Shown here: positions 50,797 through 64,000 of the stretch, in pieces
How positions within the stretch are numbered: the stretch's first letter is position 1
How the letters are laid out: every line of letters begins with the position of its first letter
From: Peribolospora baueri
Taxonomy: Eukaryota
DNA: 64,000 nucleotides
Assembly: GCA_029717555.1 (NCBI GenBank)
Contig: JAMDHS010000015.1
Location: forward strand, 124,001-188,000
Direction of reading: 5' to 3'
Position numbers and translations under genes: made by a program
The notes under the pieces: model-generated
What the model was told of the DNA's origin: nothing
Databases searched by the model: none
What the model saw: only the letters and a program-made list of their open reading frames with translations

Positions 50797-51267
50797 GTGG
50801 CATCGGAAGAATGGATGGGGCTAGGTCACAGGAAGCAGGAAAAAAGCAAGCGTAGCGATGATGGCGACGAGCGAGCCGTTTCGCAAGCTTACAAGAGTCC
50901 ATCACGGTCGAAGTCCCGATCGGCTCCAACGTCCCAACGTCACGCATCCCAACGTCCCAGCAGTTGTCCCTCCGCTCTCTGGTTTTTGTACCTCTACTGT
51001 AGAACCTGTTCAAGTTGACGTGTCTGTCTGTTTAGCTGTCCCTCCGTCCGTTCGTCTGGCTGGCTGGCTGTCTGTCGTTACGCTTGCTCGTTCGGTTCGT
51101 CCTGGAAATCCAATCGATCTGTTTGTACTCTTTCACGCATTGCCGCCGACGCCAGCGATCGGGATCGGAACGGCGGCTAAACGTTCGACGTCGCACAAAA
51201 AAAAGTCTTCCTGGCCGTCGGACCTTTGATCGCGTCAATCCTCGTCACCGCTCCGTCGTCCATTCTC

Positions 51268-52365
51268 ATGCTTCGTCTCGCCGTCCGACCAAGACCATTG
51301 CTGTCCCGACTAGTCGCCCTCCCTGCTTCCACCGCCGCCTCCTTCTTTCCCCCCTCGCCCTCCTCTTCGTCTCTCCCGCCTTCCCACCCGCATACCATGT
51401 CCTCCTCCTCCTCCTCCTCCGACGCCACGTCCGCCGTAGCAAACACGGCCGCCCACGATCCCCACCCCGCCAGGCCCATCGTCCTCTCCGGCCCCTCGGG
51501 AACGGGAAAGAGCACGCTGCTAAAGAAGCTCTTTGCTGAGTATCCCGATCGGTTCGGTTTTTCCGTCTCTCGTGAGCCGCCGCAAAGGAGAGGAGAGCAG
51601 AGGGGCAGCAGACCGGCCCGCTGACACTTGTTCGTCCGTTCGTTCGTTCGTTCGTTCGTTCGTTCGTTCGTTCGACAATACCGCCCTCTCGTCCCCACCT
51701 CGTCCAGACACCACCCGTGCGCCCCGCCCAGGCGAGCAAGACGGCGTAGCGTACCACTTCATCCCTCGCGCCACGTTCGACTCGCTGGTCGCCTCCAACG
51801 CGTTCATCGAGCACGCCGTCTTCGGAGGCAACTGCTACGCGACCAGCTTCAAGGCCGTGGAGGCGGTCAGGAGCCAGGGTCGGATATGTGTTTTGGACAT
51901 TGAGGCTCAGGTGAGTGGACGAAGGGGGGCGAGCTGGGGGAAGATGGATGGCCGGCCGCCGTGTCTTGTCGGCGCGATGGATGCGCTCGACCCTCCCCGA
52001 GTGTCGCATGCATTCGCCCGCTCAAACCCCCTCCCTCCCCTCCGCTTCGGCATTACATGGTTTAGGGCGTCCGGCAAGTGAAAACGCACCTCTCCCACCT
52101 CCGCCCGCTCTACATCTTCATCTCCCCGCCCTCCCTCTCCGAGCTCCGCGCCCGCCTGACCAACCGAGGCACCGAATCGGCCGACTCGCTCGCCAAGCGC
52201 CTCCAGACGGCCAAAGACGAGATCGAGTATGCGCAGACGGGCGCGCACGACCTCGTCATCGTCAACGACTCCTTGGACAGGGCTTACGGCCTCCTCAAGA
52301 AGGCGGTCCTGGGAGAGCAAGTGACGTCGGACCGGTTGCCTGACTTTGACTTTAGTCAGTGGTGA
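51268..52365 (+). CDS. GUK1: Guanylate kinase, with optional N-terminal extension
   Basis: P-loop '[17 protein letters not shown]', '[22 protein letters not shown]', '[15 protein letters not shown]', '[22 protein letters not shown]'. In-frame ATGs at 51268 and 51397. Confidence 0.96.
51638..51674. repeat. (GTTC)n microsatellite in GUK1 intron 1
   Basis: Direct read, about 9 copies, lying between the GCTGAC branch site and the 3' splice site. Confidence 0.92.
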
Positions 52366-52656
52366 GCGCCGGTAGCGACGGACCGGGGCGACAGACGGAT
52401 CGGTTGAAAATGAGATGTGGGAGGAGCGAGACGACGCCCTCCTCTCGGGTAATTTTTGGATACCATTCTCAGGAGGAGGGCAGAGCGGGACTGAATCAGG
52501 GAGAGTGTCGGGTGGCACTTCGAAGGCAACGCAAGAGGACAGTAACCAGCACGCATGTAATTCTAAGTAGGACAAGGTGGATGAACGAAGGGAATGGGAT
52601 GAATGGGATGGGCATGGTATGGTAACACTGGACCGCGTCGACTGTGTGGCCCACTT

Positions 52657-54710
<2,054 letters not shown>

Positions 54711-55235
54711 GCAAGAGCCGGGGAGGACGGGAGGAGACGGTGATGGTGGTCTGAGGCGAACGTGTGGGGTCGGACGCAACTTACCTTTTCTGATCGCTCG
54801 CTGATCGCCGCCACCGCACGGACCAGCGGGCGGGTTGCGGTGACCGCACCGCGTCTTGACATATACGTCTGTCCAGCTCAGACTTTTTTTCGTCTCGACA
54901 CACACACTCGACCAAGACTCTGCTTCGGATGCACGCAGTCCTTCGAAACACGTCGCTGCTCGTTCGACATTTCTCAGTGTCGCCCGCGCGAGCGTAGCAC
55001 CCACGCATGATTCACACCGCTCACGAGCATGCAGAGTTCCGGTGCCGTAGATCGCTCTGCGGTATAAAAGAGAAGAGTACATGTGGTCGAATGAATGAGA
55101 AACAGGTCTTTTGATAAAGAAGTCCGTCGGCTCGTCAATAAACGAAAGTGAATTGCTTAGTTCGGAGCGGGGAACTATGACGCGCGATACCAATCTCCGT
55201 CCCGCCCCGCTTCCACAGATCAGCTGGTCCATTAT

Positions 55236-57453
55236 TCAAATCTTCGCCTCGCGGTGGTTCTTGACCTCGCGCTTCCGCTCCTCGGCCCACAACGGGCCGT
55301 TCTTTCCCAAGGCGTCGCGAACGTGCTCGATGAAATACTCCGGTACTTCCTGTGGAGCGAACGTTCGACCGGAGAGGAAAAGAAACGCGGGTCGACTCAT
55401 GGTTCGTTGGGAAAGGAGACGAGGCGCCACGCTCGGCACCGTGTTCGGGAGACGCTCACCGTAGCTGCAAAATGGCCTCCTTCGGGAGCGTCTGCGAGCC
55501 AACGTAGAACGGCGGCGCGGGGCAGAAGAAAGACGGGCGGTCAGGAAGAGGGGTCTGACCGACGGCGAGGTACGAGTCGCTCACTCTTGTACCACACCAA
55601 GTTGGCCGTCCTGGCGACCCAGGCTTTGGGCACGGTGACGAGCTCGGAAGGGAAGACGCTCATGGCGGTGGGCACGTTGATGTGGAAAGCGGGATCGGAG
55701 AGATAGGAGGTGAAGTAGGGGTTGTTTGCGTAGGGGTGGAAGGAGGTGCCGACGGAGCGGGTAAGGTGGTAAAGCGTGATCTGGATGAGGGCGTGCTCTG
55801 AGGACATGCTACGCATGGACGAGGTGTGTGACAAAAGGCGGACAGAAGAGCGAAACGCAAGGAAGCCGAGGAGAAAGGGTGACCGTGTTAGGTCGCGACG
55901 AGGGCCGTGCCGTGGGGACATCGTCTTCTCCCCGCATTCACACACCTGGTGTCACGGCCAGCCCGCGGACGGAAGCGCTGGAGGTAATACTTCTCTCCTA
56001 TGTAGGCAAGCACGCCGATGGGGGAGTCGAGCAGTCCATAGGCCAAAGTCGTGGGCTGTCCATGGGGAAGGGAGAGGGAATATGAGTACCACAAGCGAGG
56101 GACCGGCTCGAAAGCGGGAAGAAAAGCTCACACGGTCCGCCTGGATCGCATAGTAAGCCGGACGCTCGCTGCCTCGTGGGACCAACTTGAGACTCTGTAC
56201 CTCCTTCTCTGTCAACACGAGCCGCGCGAGGGCTGTGGTGACAAAGGTAGGCAGGGTCGCCACGAGCGTGGTAAGCCAAGACGGAGGGGGGGCGGGGCAA
56301 AAGTTGAGATGGACGGCTGAGGGAGACGAGGGACAGAAGCGGAAGGTGAGCGAGAGCAGAGTCGGTCGAGCGAGCGGCGCGCAGCAGATCACCTCTGCAG
56401 TGGTCGGGGTGCTGACTGGCGAGACAGCGAACGGCGATGGAGCCCCAATCTACAAAAAGCGGATGAAGAGACTCGGGCGCAGTGAGCCAAGGCCGGGCAG
56501 GGAAGGGAGCACCGGCCGCTCACCGCCACCCTGAGCGGCGTAGCGATCGTAGCCGAGTCCGAGCATGAGCTTGTTGAGCTTGGCGGCCATGGCCGGCATG
56601 GAGCTGCCTTTGCGAGTGCACGGCGGCGAAGAGAAGATGAAAGAGGGGAGGGAGGGGACGACTACGTGGAAGGCTGTGAGATGTAGGCGGGACGACAGAC
56701 GCGTGAGCGGCGAGGTAAGAAAGTGTGAATGTGAAACAAGGGGACATGGACGACGGGTGGCGATCGCACCTTGGGCATCACGAGCGCGAGGGTTAGAGAG
56801 CTGGTCCATGACGGGGAAGAACTCGTAGAAGGTGCCTTGTGATCCGATGGCAGCAAGCGCGCGTCAGTCTCGACCGCAGGCGAGCGAACCCGACACACTC
56901 TCTCACTCACCCGGCCACTATGCGGTGCGCAAAAGCAAGCGCGTTGGTCAGCGGCAGAACGCTCCACAAGCCGAGCGAGGTGACGGCGTTGCAGAAAGGA
57001 GCGAAACTCACCCCGTGTACGAGGATGAGGGGGATGGCGTCCGGCTCGGGGGAAGGAAGATGGACGTAGTGAAGGTCGACTGGGTCGACGCTGCGCTCGT
57101 CGATGAGGACCTTGTAGTGCGGGAACCTAGGCCAAGTCCGGCATGGATGGGCACGTCCATCCGTCAGCGCTCCCATCCGGTCAGAAGGAGCGGGGCGAGG
57201 CTCGAGGCACGCACTTGTTGAGCTCCCTCTCCACGTCCTTCCACCTAGCCTCCTCGAGCAAGTCAAGCCACTCCTTGGCCATATCATTCACCCACTGAAG
57301 CGGCGCGCCCGTCTTCCATTCGTCCGCTTCGGCCATCCACACATAGTCGTCGCCTAGCGGTAGGGACGCCTCGAGCTTGGCTCGTAGGGCGGATACCTCG
57401 GCGGGGGAGAAGTTGACTTGGAACGGCCTGGGAGAAAAGGTCGAGCTAGCCAT
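55236..57453 (-). CDS. Epoxide hydrolase (EHN + alpha/beta hydrolase, microsomal-EH family)
   Basis: 'PFQVNFS..LRAKLE', 'LILVHG|WPG|TFYEF', 'FHVVVPSLP', nucleophile 'AQGG|DWGS', 'PTTLAYGLLDSPIGVLAYIGEKY', 'FPSEL', catalytic His 'GGHFAA'; ends 'REAKI*'. Confidence 0.93.
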
Positions 57454-60400
57454 GGCGGCGGGACGAGAGAGACGTGGTGAGGTGTAGGTCAGCTGGAACG
57501 AACGGGGCAGATGATCTATGAAGCCTCGTCACGGAAGACGTCGGCGAGGGGATGAAGGAAGGAGAAGGAGCAAAGGGGGGGATGAGAGAGAGAGGGTGAG
57601 AAGAGAAGAAATCTTGGCCACCGGCGGGCGTCGGCGGAAGATCGATTTATGTAGGGACTAGATCGAGGCGGGGGTGGAGCAGCGCACGGGCCCCTGGTCG
57701 GACTGGGCTCTGGGGTGGCGCTGAATGGGACTACGAAGAACGGGAAAGACGGCGGTCGGTGGGCGGTGTACACGAAGGCTGTCGTGCGCAGAGAAGATGA
57801 CGGCCTACCTGCCTGTCTGCTTGCCGTCCGCGATGGCAATGGGCTTATGGGCGAAGATGTTGGTTGGGTCGATGAGCACCGAGGAAAGCGCGTCGGTGCC
57901 AAGTTGGTGAATGATATTTATCCGGGGAGGAGGGCGCCGGCGGCGGCGCGCCGACCGACCTACCGACGACGGACGGACGGACAGTCGGACGGAGAGACAG
58001 AGTGTAGTGGAAGCGAGTAGTTGAACGGCAAAACAGAGTCGATTGGTAGATAGTAGTAAAGGTCCACTACACAGACAGACAGACAACAGGCAACAGGCAA
58101 CAGGCAACAGGCAGGCAGACAGACAGACACAGACGTTTAAGAAGAGACAGACCGACGGGGGCGTCGAGTCGAGTCGAAAAGGACGGCCGTCCGTGGGCTG
58201 GATGGGAGTCCGTACGCTTGGTTCGCCATCCCTCGCTCAAGCCAGGCTAGCTCTTTCGTAGGGGACCGGCAGGCGGCATGATGGACGGACGGACGGACGG
58301 CAGACATCGATCGATCGATCGGTGAGAAGGCATCCTTCCGCCTCTCTCGACTCTCGACTCAGACAAGCCCGCTCGCCCCTTTCGTCCCTGCCTTTGTCCT
58401 TTTTTTACCTCCAAATCCCTTTTTCGGCCATTCGCCTCATGCGCTCCGCACAAAACAAGCTCAACACCGAGGCGTCGTTGTCGTATATACATACATACAG
58501 TCTAAGTAACGTTCTTTTTCGGTCAGCCGAACTGAACTGGGTTCGGGTTCTCGTCGGGGCGCGGCCGACCCACGGACGTACGTGCGAAGCGGGGGCGCAA
58601 GGACGGTCGGGGAGAGTCGAGGCGATTACGGCTTGAGGCAGGCAGGCGCCGCGAACGCCTGCCCGCTTTGCACTCCTACCTACCTACCCTACGCACACAC
58701 GCATGCACGCACACCGCGTTGGTGCACATACGTGGCCAAGTAGGCGGCGGCGAGGAGCCGAAGGAAGGAGAGGAACGACGACCGATGAGCCTGTTTCTCG
58801 TACGCGGCTCGGCCTTCCTTCCTTCCTTCGTCCCTTGACGACCATTATGAAACGCAAACGAACGGTAGCTAGGAGTAGGTTTGGCTCGGGTCGGCACTGC
58901 CCCGCGCGCGCGCGCCTCGATGACCCAAATCACGCACATGCACATACATACAATACGAATAGGACTACGATAGCGCCGGGCGGGAGATGAAACGGAAAGG
59001 GAAAGGGAGCGCGCTCGGACTCTGTGTCTGTCTGGGTGCGGTCGGCGCGGGGTGGCGGTTAATAACGAACCCAAACGCGAACCACCCGGCCGGCCGCGAT
59101 GTCGAATGGAGGAGGGGACGGACAAGCTGGCCTCGATGGGTCGTCCAACGGGATCCGTCCTTCTTTGTCTTTAACACGTGCCAATCATGACCGCCGAGTG
59201 CGGGTGCGGGCGCGGGCGCGGGCGCGGGTGCGGGTTGTCCGACGGAGGGGCGTGCGCCGCAGCAGGACCACCGCGCGCCGCGCCGCATTGAGCGATGGCG
59301 CTCATCGTCCTCATTTGGGCAAACAGTGTGTGCTGGGGTGGGATGGGCGGGATGGATGGGATTGGGTTGGGCTGGGTCGCGTCTCGAGACGGGCGCCGTC
59401 GCTTCGACGAACGGCGTGGCATGGCCACCGCTCGGGGCGCCGAAGCAGGCGGGGTCTGGTGTTGATGGATGACTAGCAGTGTATTTGTTATCTGTTATTT
59501 GTTACTTCTTGTTATTTGTTTTCCCGGCTCCTTCCTGGGGCGGCCGTATCCCTCGGCTCTCGGCCTCGGCCCTCGGCGGTCCCTGGCCGTGCTCAGTCGG
59601 CCTCCGTCGGCCTCCGTCGGCTGGCGGGCGTTAGCGCGTTCTGCTCTCGGCTGCCCACGTGACAAAGAGGAGCGCTCGGACAGGCCGACGGCAAGACCGA
59701 CCGACGGATCGATGCGTGTCCCGTCCGTTCCGTTTGTGCCATGCTATCCATGTCCGTGTGTGTGCCCGTCGCCGTCGGTCGTCGGTCGTCGGTCGTCGGT
59801 CGTCGCTCGGTCGCTCGCTCGCTCGTGCCGGTGGCGGTGGAACGTGTTTAAAGTGGCGTCGCCCTCCATGCTCGGCTCGGCCTTGTGCTGTGCTGTGTGC
59901 GTTCGTTGGGTGCCTCGCTGGCAGCGATAGCGTATGTAGGTACATGTCGACGACGTGACCATGACGTCGGACATCGGACGCCCCTTCCTGAATCTCTTTG
60001 CGTGGCCGTTCAGGCAGGGCGAGCGCCGGACGTGCAGACGGGGACATGGGGATCGGAGTCAGATGCATTGGAGACGGGACACGGCAGGGGACTGACTGCC
60101 TGACGACGATTGGCCGCCATTGATTCGCGGTCAAGTGTCGCGTCGCTCGAGTCGTTCATCTCCTTCATTCCGTCTTTCATCGTCTTCTTCTTCTTCTTCG
60201 TCTCTTCCTCCTCGCCACCATCCCATCCCATCCCAGACCCAAATACGCGCTCCCCGCTCCTTCCTGCCGCTTCCACCTGCCCCTCGGTCTCCCCGATTCC
60301 TTCTCGCCCCAAACTCAGCACCACTCCCCCTTCTCCGCCTTCTTCCTCGCGCCTATATCATCCCCCACCCCCTCGACTTTGCCCTCTCGGCCGGCGCCCC

Positions 60401-60472
60401 TTGTCCCCGTCGCCCCTCCTCTCGCCACCAACGTCGAGCCCCTCTAGAGTCCCCCTAGTAGGCCCCCTAGTC

Positions 60473-61786
60473 ATGGTACTCGTCCTTCCCTCCCTCTCGC
60501 CCTTCTCGAGCCCGTTCGGTGACGTCGACCACCGCTCCTCCTACCCGACGTCCTCTTTTTCACCTCTTCCTCCTCCCTTCCTCTCCCCACCCCCCTTCTC
60601 CCTCTCCTCCCTCTTGGGCTCGCTCTACCAGACATCCTCCCAGTACCCCCCGCCGCCCGCCTCGTCCTCCTGCAAGACGTGCGCTGTCCGCGTTCAGGCC
60701 GACAGACGCTCGCACTCGCACTCGCATTCGCACTCGCATACCCACGCCCACCCTCCCACCGGCCACCGCCGCGATGCCATCGCCATCCCCTCCTCCTACC
60801 ACGGCCACCACAGGTACGCCGTCGCCGATCACCCTCATCCCTCTGCCGATCACGCTCGCTACGATCGAGCCGCCGCCGCCGCCGATCACGGCCGATACGA
60901 TTTCCCCTCTGATTACGCTTCTTGGTACGACCAGACCGCCAACGGCGCCGCCGCTTATCCGATCGACTACGCTGCCGCTCGACAGAGGCTCCACTCCTGG
61001 TCCGCCTACTCCCAGTCCCTGCCCTCCCACCCTCTCCTTGGCCACCGCTCCCTTCAGGCCCCCCCACCCGCACCCGCGCCCGCCGCCCAGGCCCAGCAAG
61101 TCGCCGCGTATCACCCAGCCGCTGCGGCCCGCTCTCGCACCTCGCGCCACTACCCGCCTCAGCCGCCCCTGATCCCCACGCCGCCCGACTCGCCTCGTCC
61201 GGCGCCCAAGTCGGCCGCCGTTTATACCGTGCGCGTCGACCACTGCCAGCACTGCGGCCGCTGGCTCAAACAGTTTTATAACGACGGCATTCCCTGGGAC
61301 ATGTGGGTCTCCCCGCCGACCGCCACCGTCACCTGGTTCGCCTTCCATTCCGCTGACAGGACGGCTGGCGGAGGCAAGGAGCGCGATCGAGACAAAGCGG
61401 CGGTCGCGGAGAGGGACAAGGAGAAGGAGAAGGAGAAGGAGAAGGAGAAGGAACGCAGGAAGAGCGATGGCGATTGGACTCGCGCTAGCTGGGCCACCTT
61501 TACCAGGACGAGTCGCGGCGAGAAGGAGCCGCGCGGGCACGAGCGCGATCGCGATCATCGCAGCAGCCAGCAGCCGAATCAGCAGCAGCAACAACAACAA
61601 CAGCAACAGGGGAAGAACGGCAGCGACGTGAGCATATCCTCGATGGACGAAAACATGACCGACTGGTCCTTGTCCACGCGCTCCATCATCCTCCTCCTCA
61701 AGAAAGGCAACTTTCATGTCGACCCGGCGGCCAACAAGAAGTCGGGACCCGATGTCTGGCGCTGTCTGCACTTTAACAGGTCTTGA
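60473..61786 (+). CDS. Intronless hypothetical protein (437 aa), low-complexity with two CxxC motifs and ordered C-terminal segments
   Basis: Uninterrupted ORF from ATG 60473 with strong C/G third-position bias like neighbouring genes, preceded by a CT-rich leader. No family was recognised. Confidence 0.75.
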   Translation: MVLVLPSLSPFSSPFGDVDHRSSYPTSSFSPLPPPFLSPPPFSLSSLLGSLYQTSSQYPPPPASSSCKTCAVRVQADRRSHSHSHSHSHTHAHPPTGHRRDAIAIPSSYHGHHRYAVADHPHPSADHARYDRAAAAADHGRYDFPSDYASWYDQTANGAAAYPIDYAAARQRLHSWSAYSQSLPSHPLLGHRSLQAPPPAPAPAAQAQQVAAYHPAAAARSRTSRHYPPQPPLIPTPPDSPRPAPKSAAVYTVRVDHCQHCGRWLKQFYNDGIPWDMWVSPPTATVTWFAFHSADRTAGGGKERDRDKAAVAERDKEKEKEKEKEKERRKSDGDWTRASWATFTRTSRGEKEPRGHERDRDHRSSQQPNQQQQQQQQQQGKNGSDVSISSMDENMTDWSLSTRSIILLLKKGNFHVDPAANKKSGPDVWRCLHFNRS

Positions 61787-64000
61787 ATGGTCGTCCTCTC
61801 CACACCGCCGTTTCCGACTTCTTTTTTTCTTTTTTCTTCCCGCGACCGTGTTGATCGCCAGTTCGCCCCGCGTTCTCATGCGCAAGCCCATCTCTTTTCT
61901 CCAGCGGACGACGCCTGTCCGTCACCGCGGCCCCTTGTCCGCTCGGCGTCGTCCACACGGTACCCCTTTCCGATTCATCCGCGCCCTCCCATCGGCAAGC
62001 CCGCACCTCGGCGCTCCCACTGGCGAGCCCAGCCCCCATCGCTTCGACGCTTGTCCTCCCGCCATCCCTCGCGGGAAGGCTACCCATATACCCCCGTCGT
62101 CCATTCACCTTGTGGACTCACTCTACCCGGTCACGACGCTTCGATCAGCGATCGATACCCTCTCCCCGATTCGCCTTTCTTTCTTTCTTGTTCGCCGACG
62201 GCGACGCGCGCTCCGCTCTCGGTAAAGTCTTTCTTGTATCCCTCAAATCGTTCCAAGCGTCCCACAACCCGTTCGTTCGTCCTTATACCATTCGTCGCTC
62301 GCTCTCCACCCCTCGCAACACAACACGCCCGTTTTGCCCGGTCCCCCCCCGTTTCTCCCCCGTCATGCCATCATCATCGTCTGTCTGTCCATCTGTCTGT
62401 TTGTACTGCTATCCTGCCCGTTCGTCACCCGCTCCCGCTCTCCCGTCTGTGCTGTGGCCGTCCCGTCCCGTCCCGTCCCGTCGCGTCTCGTCTTCTGTCA
62501 CGCTCGTCTTGTCTTGTTCTCGTTACGGTCTTTTTGCGTCGTTTCCCGTCCTTCCCCTGAATGTATCTTTTTACCATGGATGGACGTTCTCGTCACACAG
62601 CCCACGGCGACGAAGGCGAAGGCGAGGGCGGGACGATCAGATCGATGTTCGGCTCTGGACCGAGACTCGGAAGCACTATCTATATATACCCTGGCGGCGA
62701 GGGATCTTGGAGCCGAGGAGCTTTGTTTGTTTGTCTTGTTGGTCGAGTGGGGGGTCGTGTTCTGTTGTGAAGCCCGTACTTCCTCACATCTTTTCATCCT
62801 TTCCCGCAGCGCTCCCCAATTCCCTCTCCCTCCACCGCCGCTCGCTCGCTCATGCCGTCCTCCTTCTGCCGCACCTGCTCACACCTCGTCTCGCCTCCAT
62901 CGCTCCTTCGCCCGTGCCGAGTCCCGGATGTTAGGATGGACGTCGTTTGAGTGGCCGAGCGAAGGTAAGTAAAATAAAAAGAGGAGGACGCTAGGTCGTC
63001 GTCGTCGCTCGCTGGCACCGACCGACCGACTTCAACGTCACACGGCCCTGGTACTTGCGTCGTCGTCGCCGTCGTCACCGTCCTCCTCGTCGCCCTCCAG
63101 TCCGACTTTGGGGGACAAGCGCCGAGCACAGGGCCGTGTTCGGTGCCCCTCCACGCAGCTAGCTCGGCGCGGGCCACGCAGGGGCAGTTTAGGTCAAGTC
63201 AGGTCAGGTCAGGTCAGGCGCTCATCGTCACCGACGATAAGTTAAACAAGCGGAGTGAGAGTCTTCTTGTGGCCGCCCTTCGCGCCCACGACTTGCTGGA
63301 TTGTGCGCGTTCGGCTCAGCAGTAGCGCATGTCACGTCCGTCTGGAGCCCTTCTTCGTCATGTAAGCCGGCACGGAGCTAACGCCGGTGCCAGAGGGCGG
63401 GCGTTGAAGAAAGGTAGGAAAAAGGCGTGTTTGCCCTCGCCTCGCCTCGTCCCACTTGGCAAGTCTCCCCATCCCATCCGTCCTGTCCCGCCCATAGCGC
63501 CCGAGCTGCCAGCGTGCGTGCGTGCGCGAGCGCTTGTGAAAATGCGACGCGATACGACGCGACTCGCGTATCCTCGTCCTCGTCCTCGTCCGGAAGGGAC
63601 TTGGCGCCCTCGAGAAAGCTGGCAATGTATCGTCACTGGCGACACCACAAGCTCGGGATACCGTCCGTACTCAGCGCCATCAACTTGCTTGGCAAGGCCG
63701 ATATCACAGGCCCTCCTTCTTCGCCTCTCTTTCCTCTTCCATCTCCACGCTTTCTTGCCGGTGGTGGAATCGCCGTCGGCGACTTTGCCAAGTCCACCGC
63801 GGCCTCGCCCGCCGTGCTCACCGGGCCTGACCGCGGCACCGTGTTTCACGAAGTGAAGAGGCTGCGAGAGGCAAAAGACCAAGGAGAGGAAAGCGAAGTG
63901 GAGAGTAGGGGCCGGGTGCATGTGCCTGCTCGTCAGGGTGAGTCTACTAGCGCCCTCTTTGCTGTTCGGCCGAGTCGAGTCGCTTAGGGTCTGTTCTCCT

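Noticed and set aside
60110..60472. 121-codon open frame upstream of the orphan ATG (possible non-AUG start)
   Set aside because: The CT-rich leader lacks stops by composition; no positive evidence of translation.
60560..61891. 443-aa antisense ORF over the orphan gene, and similar long antisense ORFs elsewhere (e.g. 29052-30452, 35081-35911)
   Set aside because: Expected shadow of GC-biased codon usage; no recognisable motifs.
63329..64000. ORFs at the right edge, with a minus-strand acceptor-like site near 63862
   Set aside because: Frame and strand cannot be resolved and no family was recognised; may be the end of a gene outside the window.

Overview
Intron-rich, GC-rich eukaryotic DNA, most likely a basidiomycete fungus (GTGAGT/GTGCGT donors, CTGAC/CTAAC branch sites, short introns, abundant microsatellites). 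I reconstructed about 17 recognisable spliced protein genes by eye: X-family DNA polymerase, NAD(P)HX epimerase, DUF3605 protein, class II aldolase, SmD3, DH-domain RhoGEF, DHA2 MFS transporter, F-BAR/RhoGAP, RNase P Rpr2, CBS/PB1 protein, UPF0658-like membrane protein, NOL10/Enp2, COX15, Ysc84/Lsb3, guanylate kinase, Hst2-type sirtuin and epoxide hydrolase. There is also one intron-containing tRNA-Cys(GCA), two to three orphan ORFs and a decayed fragment of the dynein heavy-chain C-terminus. No transposase, CRISPR array or rRNA was recognised. The most interesting signals are: a BRCT-less Pol X with a presequence-like N-terminus and a non-standard steric-gate motif; several hidden organelle-targeting signals (upstream in-frame ATGs, a possible readthrough-derived PTS1, a terminal AKI); 3-nt and 7-nt micro-exons supplying conserved residues; the dynein relic; and an intronless orphan with two CxxC motifs. 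All family assignments come from motif recognition from memory; no searches were run.
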